64,000 nt of DNA from a virus (IMGVR_UViG_3300033146_004404:137185-201184); one strand, 5' to 3'. Shown: positions 1-11,220, numbered from the stretch's first letter. Program-made: numbers and translations. The notes: a model not told the origin generated them from the sequence alone.

Positions 1-2082
1 TAATCTAATTATAAATTCATCTATTAAGTTTACTGAACCTGCTTTTGTGTCAATTGCTGTTACGTAAGCTTCTGTAAGCTGTGCTTTCTTATCAATTATT
101 GACTGAGCTTTTGTTCCATCTTGTGTGATAGTCCAATCAAGTCCATCGTTGTCAATAAAAACTCCAGCATTTCTAATCATCTCATCTTTAATTTTTTCTA
201 TCTTTCCTGTAGCTATAAAGTAAAGTTCATCTTTAATCTGCTCACAAGGTTTACAAGCCTTGCATGGAATTATTGATTCATGTATAATTGTTTTAGCTGC
301 ATCTGCTATTTCTTTATTGATTTCTCCATTAAATAATTTAACCATTTCTGTAAGCTTAAGTGGATCAATATAATCAGGAACGTCTGCTGCTGCGATGTTA
401 AGAGATGTCTCATCAAGATTCTTCTTGATATTTAGAGATAGCTCACTTTTAAACCAATGCAACATATTGCATAATTGTTCAGCAAATCCACAAGTGTCTC
501 TAACTTCAATAAGTTCATCAATTATCATCTGTTTAGTATCTGCATAAATTTGATCTTTAAAAGCTATCATTTCAGAAGTACTATCTATTACTTCAGCAGC
601 TACTGCTATAGCATTTGCTTCTTTAGTTGAAACTCTTAATAGTCCAAAATCACTATTTATGTTAAAACTAACACAGTCATCTAATACAACTTTTGTTGTA
701 TCAAACCCAACGTTGTCAATGCTGTAAATTACGTTTTGTAATATTTGTATTTTATTACTTTGTATTAATTCTTCCACTACAGCTATTGTAGTAATATCTT
801 CTATTGAACCTGCTACATTATTTACTTTCTTGCTTATTTCTCTATTGAGCTCTAGCTCAGAGGCAGCTTCTATATCTAACTTAGGGAAAACTGATCCGTC
901 GGTTTTATTATAAGCAGTTAAATTAAATACAAGCATGTTTCTTAATGCTTGTATGACGTTATCAGCAGCAGCTTCAGCTAAGCCAAAGTCTGCGAATCTT
1001 TCATTATCAGCTGTAGGAATAGATTGAGAAACAGCAAATTGTCTTCTAAGAAGTTCTTCTGTTTCAGCAACAGCAACTTTTTTGTTCATCTCTAACATAC
1101 CGTCGAGCATAGCTTTCATCGCTTGTTTATCTTCAACGTCAGCATTTGCCATATCAGGAATGCTCAATACATCCATTTCTTCTTTGTTTACTTCTGCTAT
1201 AATGTCTTGAACAACAGTCTTTTTTCCACATCCAAGTCCTGCAATTATATATTCTATAATGATATCTCTTAATGCTACAACGTCAGCCAGATCTTCCAAT
1301 ACAGGAATTGGGTTCCCTTGAGTATAACTTTGAATAGACGAATTTATTGATCCTTCTACTGCTCTAATGGCAGCAAGTGCATCAAGAACATCAGGACATC
1401 TTTGTTTAGATACTTCGAAATTAACTAATACTTCTTTTGTTACATTTTCAATATTTACTTTTGTTGTTACTATAAGATTTGTAATAACAATGCTTTGCTC
1501 GTTTGTAATAACTTTTGTGTATAAAGGAATATTTAATAATATATTCTTTAATAGTTCTATTAAATAAGGAGCAAACCCAATCAATACCTGTAATACCAGC
1601 TGAGCTATATCAGCAATAAGTTCTCCAATAGCCATAAAGTTACATACAGCAATATCATTTATCTGCGATGCCACTTTTACAGCAGGTTTTGCTATCAGAA
1701 AAGCTTTTCTTCCATAATCAAGATATTTATAGACACCAATAGCTTTAGATACTGGCTTAATAAGACTCTTCGCTACGGAGTTAGCAACAATAGTAGGAGA
1801 TCTTCTAGCTGTTTTTAACAGCCTTTCCATCTCACGAATAGATAAAGCATTTTTTTGATTATCTATTCCTAAGTATTTAGCGACTGTAATTGTTTCTACT
1901 GAATAGCTCTTAACTGAGTATGTTTTTGACTTTCCAGCTAAAGCTCCAGAAGTTGCTTTTGCGGCAGCAGCTTGTTTCTTAGCGGCAGCTATTGATGCAT
2001 CAGCCTTTCTTTCTTCTTCCGCTGCTTGTTTCTTTGCTTTCTTAGCCTTCTTTTTTGCTTTACATATTGAATTACAGCCCAT
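1..2082 (-). CDS. Large hypothetical tail/baseplate-module protein (>694 aa, 3' end outside window)
   Basis: ATG at 2082 preceded by AAGGAA. The frame was open in the segments I read and no closed ORF in this frame is in the track. N-terminus MGCNSICKAKKKAKK is K/A-rich, followed by a hydrophobic stretch IGELIADIAQLVLQVLIGFAPYLIELL. Co-oriented downstream of the spike gene. Confidence 0.7.
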   Translation of the reverse strand, partial: MGCNSICKAKKKAKKAKKQAAEEERKADASIAAAKKQAAAAKATSGALAGKSKTYSVKSYSVETITVAKYLGIDNQKNALSIREMERLLKTARRSPTIVANSVAKSLIKPVSKAIGVYKYLDYGRKAFLIAKPAVKVASQINDIAVCNFMAIGELIADIAQLVLQVLIGFAPYLIELLKNILLNIPLYTKVITNEQSIVITNLIVTTKVNIENVTKEVLVNFEVSKQRCPDVLDALAAIRAVEGSINSSIQSYTQGNPIPVLEDLADVVALRDIIIEYIIAGLGCGKKTVVQDIIAEVNKEEMDVLSIPDMANADVEDKQAMKAMLDGMLEMNKKVAVAETEELLRRQFAVSQSIPTADNERFADFGLAEAAADNVIQALRNMLVFNLTAYNKTDGSVFPKLDIEAASELELNREISKKVNNVAGSIEDITTIAVVEELIQSNKIQILQNVIYSIDNVGFDTTKVVLDDCVSFNINSDFGLLRVSTKEANAIAVAAEVIDSTSEMIAFKDQIYADTKQMIIDELIEVRDTCGFAEQLCNMLHWFKSELSLNIKKNLDETSLNIAAADVPDYIDPLKLTEMVKLFNGEINKEIADAAKTIIHESIIPCKACKPCEQIKDELYFIATGKIEKIKDEMIRNAGVFIDNDGLDWTITQDGTKAQSIIDKKAQLTEAYVTAIDTKAGSVNLIDEFIIRL

Positions 2083-2091
2083 TATATTTCC

Positions 2092-3162
2092 TTATGCTTT
2101 TACTTTATGAGTAGCAGTTAAGACAGTTCCATCTTCCATTCTATAAGAGAATGGAACTGAAGCAGTTACTACATATTCATTACCTAGACCGCCAAGCATT
2201 ACTTCATCTCCTGATAAAGTAATTTTACTTTTACCATAAATATTCACTTCATCTTTACTTACTGTAACGCTTGCATCTTTAGTCTTTAAATTGACTTCTT
2301 TTGGATTACACGTAACTGATGTTGTTCTTCCTGTATTGCTATTAGTTGATTGAAGCTTTACTTCGGATTCATCTATTTCAATTAAATTTTCTGTTTTAGC
2401 TTTAGAACTATTAGATATTATCTTTATATCTTTTTCTATAATTTCAATTCCAAAGTAATCTGTAGTATCACCTTTTCCTTCAACGTAAGACTTAATATTT
2501 ATAGCTGTAACGCCTTTATTAGAAGATGTTTTATCAGTGTTTGTTTTAATTGCTATCTCTTGGTAATCAGAAGGAGTAAAAGCTCCATTGCTTTCATTCC
2601 AAGAAGAAACATGAGTAAGAGTATATTCATCTGCAGACATAACAGTTAAGTTTTCTGTTCTGTGATTGTCCCAGTTCATAGAACTAGCATTTCCAGACTC
2701 TGTTGATTTTTGTCTTATTACTATACACCCACCATCAGATTTCATTTGAGATCCATTAGCTGAAACTCCATCAGTGCCAACACCTTCGAATTCTAATTGG
2801 TCGTTTGGAACAGTAGCCCCTATGAACTCACCATCGGCATCAAATGTTGGTCTAGCGAATGACCCCATCCAAACAGCTCTATCTGTATTTCCATCTAAGA
2901 AACTTACCATTCCAACTGAGTTAACTTGCGGTAATGAAAACATTCCATGTCCGCTTCCGCCACCTATAGGCATACCAACAAAGCATTTAATGTCATTAGC
3001 TAATTCTTTAGTGAAAGCATCTTTGTTGTACCCTTGAGATAAATCCCATTCAATTGTTTCATTATAAAAAACAGAGACTCGAACTCTTAAGTATCCTCTT
3101 TGAAAAAACTCTGAGTTATCTGTAACTATTGCTTGGTAGATACCAAACTTTGGATATGCCAT
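2092..3162 (-). CDS. Baseplate spike, gp5/gpV/VgrG-like OB-fold protein
   Basis: GIYQAIVTDN...GYLRVRV and GMFSLPQVNSVGMVSFLDGNTDRAVWMG match the gp5/gpV OB-fold pattern; C-terminal short beta-strand repeats. Confidence 0.8.
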   Translation of the reverse strand: MAYPKFGIYQAIVTDNSEFFQRGYLRVRVSVFYNETIEWDLSQGYNKDAFTKELANDIKCFVGMPIGGGSGHGMFSLPQVNSVGMVSFLDGNTDRAVWMGSFARPTFDADGEFIGATVPNDQLEFEGVGTDGVSANGSQMKSDGGCIVIRQKSTESGNASSMNWDNHRTENLTVMSADEYTLTHVSSWNESNGAFTPSDYQEIAIKTNTDKTSSNKGVTAINIKSYVEGKGDTTDYFGIEIIEKDIKIISNSSKAKTENLIEIDESEVKLQSTNSNTGRTTSVTCNPKEVNLKTKDASVTVSKDEVNIYGKSKITLSGDEVMLGGLGNEYVVTASVPFSYRMEDGTVLTATHKVKA

Positions 3163-3171
3163 TATATCTCC

Positions 3172-3474
3172 TTAAACTATTTCTGATACTTTTTTAGGTG
3201 TAGGAACTTTAATAACTCTTCCAGTATAGTATCCTTCTGGCGAGTCGTTTATATCATTTATATATGTAATTACCCAATGTAGATCACCTGTACCATAAAA
3301 CAGGTTAGATATTAAGTCTGGTCTAAAATTAAAAGCTAAAGGAATTGTATAAAGAGATATGCTGTCGTCGTTTAATCTTTCCTTTAATGCTTCTGTATCT
3401 AATATTCCTTTTTGGTTATGCTGAATATCATCATTCCAAATATCTGGAAAAAATTGAAATCTTGAATATGACAC
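3172..3474 (-). CDS. Baseplate wedge gp53-like / LysM-like protein
   Basis: RPDLISNLFYGTGDLHWVITYINDI...GRVIKVP pattern; lies next to the spike gene. Confidence 0.75.
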   Translation of the reverse strand: MSYSRFQFFPDIWNDDIQHNQKGILDTEALKERLNDDSISLYTIPLAFNFRPDLISNLFYGTGDLHWVITYINDINDSPEGYYTGRVIKVPTPKKVSEIV

Positions 3475-3485
3475 GTTTTATCTCC

Positions 3486-5000
3486 TTAAAGCGTTGGCAC
3501 TATTGAATAATAATCTTCAAAGCTTGGCAACACACCAATATACATAGGATCTATTTCATTAAGAGTTACAGTAACTTCAAATGTCATTAGGTCTACTATT
3601 CCATTATTATTCTTATTTAATATAACTGGTGAGTTATCCCAGTCTTTCTTTATATCTACTTTAGAAACTACAAAGCTTCTATGATATACTTTAGTAGAAC
3701 TAGCCATTTTGTATGGATATGTTAATAAGTTATTGAAAGGCACTGTTTGTGTTACTTCTTCGCTATGATTAACTTGCGTAGTATCACCAAAAACAATTTT
3801 TACTACAGGAGGTCTATAGAAAGATCCGGCTTCTTTTGATGTTTGTGGAAATACTAATCCTCTATATGCCATCTCTATGCTCTGTATATTTCTAAGTGTA
3901 AATATTTTCATCCAACTATCTACACCAGAATTATCTCCAGTCTTAACACTTGTATCATCAGCATCTGGTGTTAATACAGTATAAGTAGTTGTTAAGTTTA
4001 CTGAAGAACCTTCTGTTTTTATATATGATTGAATGTCACCAATTCTGCTTAAAATTGACGTTGCTTCATATTTAGCAGCTCTTCCAGATTCAGATATCTT
4101 AGGATTGAACTCAAAAGGTATTGTATACTTAGAAGAAATGCCGCCTTCAGTATTTGGATTTACTGGATAGACATGTAGAGCTCCAAGGTTTGAAATCTGC
4201 CCTTTTACGTTAAGGCTTTTTGTTATCTGGTCATAGCTCATAGTATCTGCTGAGTATGGAACATTAATTAAATTAGACGATTTAAAGAAAGGACTTAGGT
4301 TAAAGAAATCTATTTCATTATCGCTTTTAATCTTTTTATCTTCTGTTATAGTTACTTCAGTATAGTTATCTTTAGTTGTGTCTTTTGATACATCAGTGAG
4401 TTTTTTAGTTTTTATCTCATTACTGATGTTTCCTATTTCAACAGAATCTTCAGCTATATTTATCTTAGAGCTTTCAACATCTCTTATTAAACTATTACTT
4501 ACGTTCGACTTGTCTGCTTTTCCATATGCATCGATTAATTTTGGAATAATAAATAATTCATTTTCTGGCTCAATGGAAGGAGACAACTCTTGCTTACCTT
4601 TGTTGTCTTGAGTTACCTTAAAGTCTGTTTTTGATTTAGATTCATATGTAGCGGATGATGGCAACCCAGGAATTTGTTTTTCTTCTGTCGTCCAAGTACT
4701 TATAGTTAAATCAGAATCAATCGGTTCTATAGGGTATTCCCTCGCTGCTCCAAAAGCTCCTAAGTTATTAATATTCGTTACTTCAAAGAGACCCTGAAGT
4801 GCATCAGTAGGATCCTCTTGAGGTTTAGCGTCTTTTCCGGCTATTTCTCCTAACAGTCCAAATTCAATTTTTTCCTCAACTAATTCCTCTATTTCAATAG
4901 CAGTATCTTCTTTTACTGTTTCTCCATGAGTAGGAGGATTTAATTCTATGTTCTCTGGATCTACTAGAGATAGATTATAGTTTATGTAATTCTTCTTCAC
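3486..5000 (-). CDS. Putative tail tube initiator / baseplate-tube junction protein
   Basis: C-terminal half IPFEFNPKISES...YRPPVVKIVFG...FEVTVTLNEI resembles tube-fold initiator proteins; located between the tape measure and gp53-like genes. Confidence 0.5.
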   Translation of the reverse strand: MKKNYINYNLSLVDPENIELNPPTHGETVKEDTAIEIEELVEEKIEFGLLGEIAGKDAKPQEDPTDALQGLFEVTNINNLGAFGAAREYPIEPIDSDLTISTWTTEEKQIPGLPSSATYESKSKTDFKVTQDNKGKQELSPSIEPENELFIIPKLIDAYGKADKSNVSNSLIRDVESSKINIAEDSVEIGNISNEIKTKKLTDVSKDTTKDNYTEVTITEDKKIKSDNEIDFFNLSPFFKSSNLINVPYSADTMSYDQITKSLNVKGQISNLGALHVYPVNPNTEGGISSKYTIPFEFNPKISESGRAAKYEATSILSRIGDIQSYIKTEGSSVNLTTTYTVLTPDADDTSVKTGDNSGVDSWMKIFTLRNIQSIEMAYRGLVFPQTSKEAGSFYRPPVVKIVFGDTTQVNHSEEVTQTVPFNNLLTYPYKMASSTKVYHRSFVVSKVDIKKDWDNSPVILNKNNNGIVDLMTFEVTVTLNEIDPMYIGVLPSFEDYYSIVPTL

Positions 5001-5042
5001 TCAATTCTCCTAATCATTTTTACTACTATTTTTATGCTCATC

Positions 5043-8000
5043 TTAGGTTCCGCTTCCATAAGCATCATAACTACTACGCTTAATTTTTTTGACAAAGTGA
5101 CTTGCTTCTGCTATCTCTGTCTGTTTCTTAACTTCTTCTGCCTGCTGAATAATGACAACTTGTTTTATTTCTTCTTTTTCAATTAATGTATCTAGCTTTT
5201 TGTTTGTCTTTTCTGCTTCTTTAAGCGCTTTCTTTTGAGCTGGACTAGTAACAACTTTTCTGGCATCTTCTGTTTTAACAAATTCTGTAGCAGTTGCTTG
5301 CATAATAAATGGCATTAACTTGGTTGTTGTAGTTTCTGTATCAGGATCCGTATTTTCTGCTGTTTGCTCTGATAAGTCTAATTGATTTGAAGTATATTCA
5401 TCCATTCCATTTAAATCTACTTTAGGAATCTCTCCAAACTCTGAGTCTTTAAATGATTTTCCTATTGTTTCAGAGGCTTCAATCATTGCATCTCCAGAAG
5501 ACTTAAATGATCCTGCCATTGCCTTCATTCCATTTATCATCGCCTGTTCTTTTGGAGTTGCTTTCTTCCCCATATCAGCAATAAACTGTCCTAGTTTAGC
5601 TATATTTTCAATCAAGAAACTTATTACTTTAAGTAAGTAACCTAATACTTTTAAGATTGGAGGAAGCGCTGCTTTCACAAGTTCTATAAAGATAGGAAGT
5701 ATTGCCTTCATTACTTCTACGAGGACTCCCATGATAGGACCAAGTAAACTTCCTACTATTTCAACAAGTGGAAGTAAAGCATTAATTAATTGATCGAATA
5801 CTGGCATTAACTGCTTTTCTATTATTGGCATCAAACGTCCTACTACTTTATCAAAAACTCCTTTAAGTTTATCCATTATTTTTCTGAATCCATCCATCTT
5901 CATCATTGCGCCGATTAACATGCCACCAATTAAAGCAATTGGCCCACCAATTTTTGATAGTCCTGCGCTAGCTAATTTTGTTGCTCCGCCTATTCCTTTG
6001 GCGAAAGTTTTTGCTCCCTTTGCGAAAGTTTTTGCAAGCCCTTTCGTCAAACTTCCTTCACCGACTGCTCTCAATGCTTTTAGCCAATTTTTAGGATTAA
6101 TTCTCTCTTTAACAACTTCTGCCCCAGCGATAAAAGAATCTCCTAGTTGCCCGATTCTTTCTTTAAGTCCAAGAACTAAGTTATCTTTTACCTGAATGGC
6201 TGCAGCTGCTAGTTTTGCACCCATAGGTTCAATAAGAACATCTAGGTCAGTTCCTGCTAAAGCTCCTAGCTGAGCTTTCTGGTTTGCATTAATTTCTTCA
6301 GTTAAGGCTTGCCATCCATCAGTTCCTTCTTCAAAACCTTGTCTCTGTGCTAATAAAATCTCTTCTGATGCAGCAAGACGATCATATTCTCTTTGAGTTA
6401 TTGCAGAAGTCGTACTTAAAATATCGTTAAGTTTTCCTTTAGATTCTTCTTGTGATTCAAGAACTTTAAGTTCTTGTTTCTTTTGATTTTCAAGATGCTC
6501 AGTTTGTGCTTTATGTAATTCAGTGTTTTCTGATCTAATTCCTCTAAGTTTCTTTCTTTCTTCATCTAACTCCATTAGCTTTTCACTGCTGATACCAGCT
6601 TCAGTTTTTGCTGCTTTTATCTCTTCTAGTCGTGCTTCAATTATTCTATTAGAACTATCAAGTTCTGATAGTGTCAATTCAGCCAGTTCTTTCTGTCCCT
6701 TTATTCTAATTAAGTCTGAGTTAGCTCCAGCTAACTCAGACTTGAGCTCAATAGCTTGCATTTTTCTTTGTTCTTTTGATAGATTCTTTAAGTAAGATTT
6801 TTCTCTTGCATGCGATCTTGTCTTAACATCCTCAAGTTTATCAAAAGCTTTTTGCTGAACTTTTCCTTGATGAGCAAGCTCTTTACTTATTAATTTTTGT
6901 TCTCTCCCTTGAGCCCAAGTGAGTTTACCTGTTCTACTTATTAAGTCAAGTTGATCAGCTCTTGTTCTTAAATCCTGTATTCTATTCTCAACTGCTTTCT
7001 TGTCATTGTCTAAAAAGTTAATTTTCATCTTAGCATCTTGTCTAGTTAGCTTAATTGCTTCCAACGTATTTTCATTTGCTCTCTCAATCCATTTACTGAT
7101 CATACTAACTGGCTTTGCTCCAGCTGAAATCTTATCTAGCCATTCCGCATTTGCCTCTGTTAATTTTTTTGCTGAAGCGTTTATATTTGTATTTGATAGA
7201 ATTTTAAAATAGTTTGCTGAAGCTTTTGTTGCAGCATAGTTGCTGCTTTCTATAATTCTGTCTTGTAAATTTGTAGTATAGTTTTTGACGGCTGCTGCCA
7301 TTATTCTAACGAACTTCTTAGAAGATTTTTGAGCACCCATCTCCATAGACTCATCCATTCCAGTATCAAGAGATTCTCTTAGTTGTTCTCCTATTTCTGT
7401 ATTTACAGAGAAGAACTTCTTTCTAAATATTTTAAACGCAACGACTGCAGCAACAATACCACCAACTATAGCAACTGCAATTCCTTTACCGCCTTTTCCT
7501 GAGAACATTCCCATGAAGTTTTTAGCGTATCCAAGTAGTTTATCAAAGTTTTTAGCTATGAATGTTGCCGCCATGTTAATTAAAGGCATTGCTTTTGAAC
7601 CAATTTGAACAGCAAGTGCTTTAAATTTTTCCATACTTGTCGAGAGTGCTTTTTGAGCTGTAGCTTGTTTTTCCTGTTCTTCTGACATCTTACCTGCACT
7701 TCCTGTCATTCCAGCGAACGTCTTTTCTAACTCTCCTGTATCCATCTCTCCCATTGCTCTTAAGTCTGTTAAACTCATTCCCATTGACTTAGCCATTTGA
7801 GAAGCAGCAATTGGATTCATATTCTTAAGCTCTGCTCCAAGATCTTTAAATCCTCCAACTAAAGCTGCAGGGTCTATATTTCCAGACATAGCATCTTCCA
7901 TTGTGACACCAAGTTTACTAAACAATAACATATTATCTTGTATAGCACCAGGATCCATTAATTTTTCTATGAAGCCTGCAGCTACTTCTGCTTTTATACC

Positions 8001-8795
8001 AACGCTTGCGAATGCTCCAGCTAGTTTTGTAACTCCTGTTGAGAATTTCGCAACATCTGCTGATGATTTTCCAAGCTGTCTTAAGTTTGTAGTTGACCCA
8101 ACTATTGTTTCACTAAGTCTATTGACTTCACCTGAAGTTAAACCAAAAGCTCTTTGCGCTCCAACCATTCCTTTTAATACATTTTTTATTTGTTTAGTTC
8201 CAAGGCCGCCCATTTTATATAAGCTACCTGTAAGATTTTGAACTGCGTCATCACTTGCTCCAGTAATTTCTCCAAAATGAGCTCCAGCTATAGCTAAGTT
8301 TCCGACATCTTTTGTTGCAACACGCATTCCCCTTAATACTTTAATCCATTCTTTTGATCTATCCAAAGAGATTCCAGTAGCCATTGTAGTGTCAGTTACA
8401 GCCTCTGTTAATGCTCCTACTGACTTTCCACCTTCTCCCATCCTATATGACAGGTCTGTCATCTCCTGATTTAGACTAAATACCGAATGGACTATATCTC
8501 CAAAACTAAAAATAGCAAAACCTCCAAGAATTGTTCCGACAATTCTTTTAGCCATACCTGCTACTTTCTTTAATCCGTCAAGAAGCTTATCTGTATGAGC
8601 GCTTGTTTTTTCTGAGTTTTCTGCTATGTCATCATAATCTTCATTTAGCATATTTGAAGATTTGGTTGTTTTTTCCATTGTTTTATTTATTTTTCCAGAG
8701 ACATCATTGATATTATTCATGCTGCCTTCTGCTTTCTTCATGGACTCGTCTAAGCCATTAGATATGTTTAAAAATAAATCTGCTGAATTTGCCAT
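5043..8795 (-). CDS. Tape measure protein
   Basis: 1250 aa, helical and A/G/M-rich, with coiled coils and amphipathic 11-residue-like periodic segments; lies in the tail module. Confidence 0.8.
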   Translation of the reverse strand: MANSADLFLNISNGLDESMKKAEGSMNNINDVSGKINKTMEKTTKSSNMLNEDYDDIAENSEKTSAHTDKLLDGLKKVAGMAKRIVGTILGGFAIFSFGDIVHSVFSLNQEMTDLSYRMGEGGKSVGALTEAVTDTTMATGISLDRSKEWIKVLRGMRVATKDVGNLAIAGAHFGEITGASDDAVQNLTGSLYKMGGLGTKQIKNVLKGMVGAQRAFGLTSGEVNRLSETIVGSTTNLRQLGKSSADVAKFSTGVTKLAGAFASVGIKAEVAAGFIEKLMDPGAIQDNMLLFSKLGVTMEDAMSGNIDPAALVGGFKDLGAELKNMNPIAASQMAKSMGMSLTDLRAMGEMDTGELEKTFAGMTGSAGKMSEEQEKQATAQKALSTSMEKFKALAVQIGSKAMPLINMAATFIAKNFDKLLGYAKNFMGMFSGKGGKGIAVAIVGGIVAAVVAFKIFRKKFFSVNTEIGEQLRESLDTGMDESMEMGAQKSSKKFVRIMAAAVKNYTTNLQDRIIESSNYAATKASANYFKILSNTNINASAKKLTEANAEWLDKISAGAKPVSMISKWIERANENTLEAIKLTRQDAKMKINFLDNDKKAVENRIQDLRTRADQLDLISRTGKLTWAQGREQKLISKELAHQGKVQQKAFDKLEDVKTRSHAREKSYLKNLSKEQRKMQAIELKSELAGANSDLIRIKGQKELAELTLSELDSSNRIIEARLEEIKAAKTEAGISSEKLMELDEERKKLRGIRSENTELHKAQTEHLENQKKQELKVLESQEESKGKLNDILSTTSAITQREYDRLAASEEILLAQRQGFEEGTDGWQALTEEINANQKAQLGALAGTDLDVLIEPMGAKLAAAAIQVKDNLVLGLKERIGQLGDSFIAGAEVVKERINPKNWLKALRAVGEGSLTKGLAKTFAKGAKTFAKGIGGATKLASAGLSKIGGPIALIGGMLIGAMMKMDGFRKIMDKLKGVFDKVVGRLMPIIEKQLMPVFDQLINALLPLVEIVGSLLGPIMGVLVEVMKAILPIFIELVKAALPPILKVLGYLLKVISFLIENIAKLGQFIADMGKKATPKEQAMINGMKAMAGSFKSSGDAMIEASETIGKSFKDSEFGEIPKVDLNGMDEYTSNQLDLSEQTAENTDPDTETTTTKLMPFIMQATATEFVKTEDARKVVTSPAQKKALKEAEKTNKKLDTLIEKEEIKQVVIIQQAEEVKKQTEIAEASHFVKKIKRSSYDAYGSGT

Positions 8796-8846
8796 TGTTT
8801 CTCCAAATACCTGTTTATGTTATCTTTTCAATTATTCTTCATAACG

Positions 8847-10799
8847 TCAAGTTTCGATTCCTGTTGTTGGATATCTTTGAACCTCAAGAATTGTTTTAAA
8901 TCCTGAAGCGTTGATGTTGTGAGTAATCTTCTTTATTAGATAATATCCAGTTAGGTAACTCTGGCTCAATATCTTTTTATTTGAACTTTTACTATATTCA
9001 TTATAGCTTCTGTATACGTTTATCTTTATGTAATATTGAAATGGCTGTAGTGAAGAATCAAACATAAAGAACGGATCTCCAAGTATCTCAATAGTTCCAG
9101 TAAATATACCATCATTCATATTTTGAACTACTTTCGTAGCAATTACATTAGCTCCCCCTTCTCCATTATCTTCAACAATCTTATTTACTAATGAGAAACT
9201 TCCATTATTAATTTTATCAGTCAATGCAGATGTTATATCAGCAGGTGCTGATCCTTGATTGTTATCCGTTTCCTTATTAGGTGCTGAAATCAAAGCGTCA
9301 AGATTTTCACCTTTAACTACAATACTCTGATTAAGTTGGACAAAATCCAAACTATTTTTTACGTTAAAATTTTTTATTAATGAAGTAGGTGACTGCATAT
9401 AATCATAACTTCTAACAAAACCTTGCTTTGTATTATCAAGTCTTCTATAGAAGAATCTGATAATAACTATAGTGTCAGTTATTGCTCCGTCTCCAAGATC
9501 TGTCGTTTGTTCATTTATAGAATATGTATATTTAATTGGCTCAAACGCTGTAGAGTCATATTTCTTAGTAGTGTTATCCATTATCTTCTTTACAACTTCA
9601 GCATCTGTTATGTACTTATTAGTATTTTTATTTCTTAAAATACAAGGAACTTTACTAACAAAATCGTTAAGAAGATTTTTCAATGACATAAATTCATTTA
9701 TAATTTTTCCTGTCATTTCCCCGTTTGCGCTTGTTTCATATCTTGGTTCACCACCAAGAGACAAACTTATATTAAGCCATTTTGCACTTTCTTCTAAGTC
9801 TTTTCTTTGTGCTCTTGTTAAAGATCTTGGATAGGTTTTAGAAGCTCCTTCTTTCGACGATACTGCCCATTGTATTGGAAGATCACTCGGAACTCCATAA
9901 TCAACATTTGAACCCAAAGCACTAGTCACGTCATTAGGCAATATTGGTTTTGATGGTGCCGATGATGTACTTCCTGCTAATACTCCTTGCACTACTTGAA
10001 CTCTTCCTCCAGTAGCTGAGTATATTTGCCGAGCTATACCATTAAATAGTTTCTTCGGAGTTCCTTTCATTAAAGCAAAGCGTTTAATTATTTTAGTCTT
10101 ATCTAAGAATGAATTTGAAATAGAAACTCCTTTTACATCAGCAGACATTCCTTTTTGGGTTAGATTAAACTCTAGCCCCATCATCATGAAGTAAGTCCAT
10201 GGGCTTTTAATATAAAGAGATCCTTTTTTTGAATTTGTAGTTCTAGCTTTCCATTCAGGAGATGATTTCAAAGCTGGTCTATAAACGTCTGTGCCGCCTC
10301 CAGGATCAGAGTATCCAAATCTAATTCTAAAATTTATATTAGATGAAGGATTTGGCATAAATTCTAGCACTGCTTTAGGAGTTGCCTTTGCTAATGAATT
10401 CATAGCAATTTCATTCCCTCCTTTAACTGCAACCATAGACTTTATTATGATGTTCTCAAGTCTCTCAAGATCTTTATCAAACAATTGAAGCTGGCAGTTT
10501 ATAACTCCACCAGAATCTTCTAATGTAACGTTCTCAAAGTAATTATCAAATCTTAATGAACTTTCATCTCCTTGTTTGAGAGGAACTGAATAAGTGTCAC
10601 TAGCCGCTCGTGAAGTTACTGTAGTCCACTCATTTTTAGAAGATGGAGTTATTTTATTTAAATTTGATTCTTCTGTTATATTTGTTCTAAATTGAATTTC
10701 AACCCAAGGGATTGAAGGTAGTATTCCAGTCGCACTTTGGTTTGTGTTGTTTGCATCTAGCTTAAATGAATCTTCTGCTCTTACTATTTCTTTTGCCAT
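8847..10799 (-). CDS. Baseplate hub protein (gp27/gpD-like)
   Basis: INFRIRFGY and C-terminal GTIEILGDPF...TGYYLIKKITHNINASGFKTILEVQR are typical of hub proteins. Confidence 0.7.
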   Translation of the reverse strand: MAKEIVRAEDSFKLDANNTNQSATGILPSIPWVEIQFRTNITEESNLNKITPSSKNEWTTVTSRAASDTYSVPLKQGDESSLRFDNYFENVTLEDSGGVINCQLQLFDKDLERLENIIIKSMVAVKGGNEIAMNSLAKATPKAVLEFMPNPSSNINFRIRFGYSDPGGGTDVYRPALKSSPEWKARTTNSKKGSLYIKSPWTYFMMMGLEFNLTQKGMSADVKGVSISNSFLDKTKIIKRFALMKGTPKKLFNGIARQIYSATGGRVQVVQGVLAGSTSSAPSKPILPNDVTSALGSNVDYGVPSDLPIQWAVSSKEGASKTYPRSLTRAQRKDLEESAKWLNISLSLGGEPRYETSANGEMTGKIINEFMSLKNLLNDFVSKVPCILRNKNTNKYITDAEVVKKIMDNTTKKYDSTAFEPIKYTYSINEQTTDLGDGAITDTIVIIRFFYRRLDNTKQGFVRSYDYMQSPTSLIKNFNVKNSLDFVQLNQSIVVKGENLDALISAPNKETDNNQGSAPADITSALTDKINNGSFSLVNKIVEDNGEGGANVIATKVVQNMNDGIFTGTIEILGDPFFMFDSSLQPFQYYIKINVYRSYNEYSKSSNKKILSQSYLTGYYLIKKITHNINASGFKTILEVQRYPTTGIET

Positions 10800-10871
10800 T
10801 AATTTTCCTCTGGTATTATCTTTTCAATAAAAAAGTAAAGTTATACTTATAATGAATATAAGGTTTGTAAT

Positions 10872-11039
10872 ATGAAATTTAGTGAAGTAAAGAAGATGAT
10901 AGGCAAGAAGGTTTCAAGTAAAAGACTTAAAGAGATCATAAATAAAATAACTCCTTCTGAGTTTCAAAAAGAGATTAGAGGGAAAGGATCTATATTAGAT
11001 ATAATAAAAAGGAAAATAAAAAATGAAAAGGACTCATAA
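10872..11039 (+). CDS. Small basic hypothetical protein (55 aa)
   Basis: Read manually: MKFSEVKKMIGKK...; AAGG upstream; below the ORF-track length cut-off. Confidence 0.5.
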   Translation: MKFSEVKKMIGKKVSSKRLKEIINKITPSEFQKEIRGKGSILDIIKRKIKNEKDS

Positions 11040-11220
11040 AGAAAGCATAACATTAAACGTATTAGTAATTGCATCTCTGTTAGCTGTAATAATCACACCT
11101 TTTGTAAACTTTGGAATTCCAATGCTTATTCTTGAAGTGTTAGCTCACATAGTAGTTTCAGGAGTGTGTTTAACAGCAATTGTAGTTGGTTTTGTGTTAA
11201 ATCTTATGAACGTTCAGTAA
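11023..11220 (+). CDS. Small two-TM membrane protein
   Basis: 65 aa with two hydrophobic segments; AAGGA upstream. Confidence 0.55.
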   Translation: MKRTHKESITLNVLVIASLLAVIITPFVNFGIPMLILEVLAHIVVSGVCLTAIVVGFVLNLMNVQ

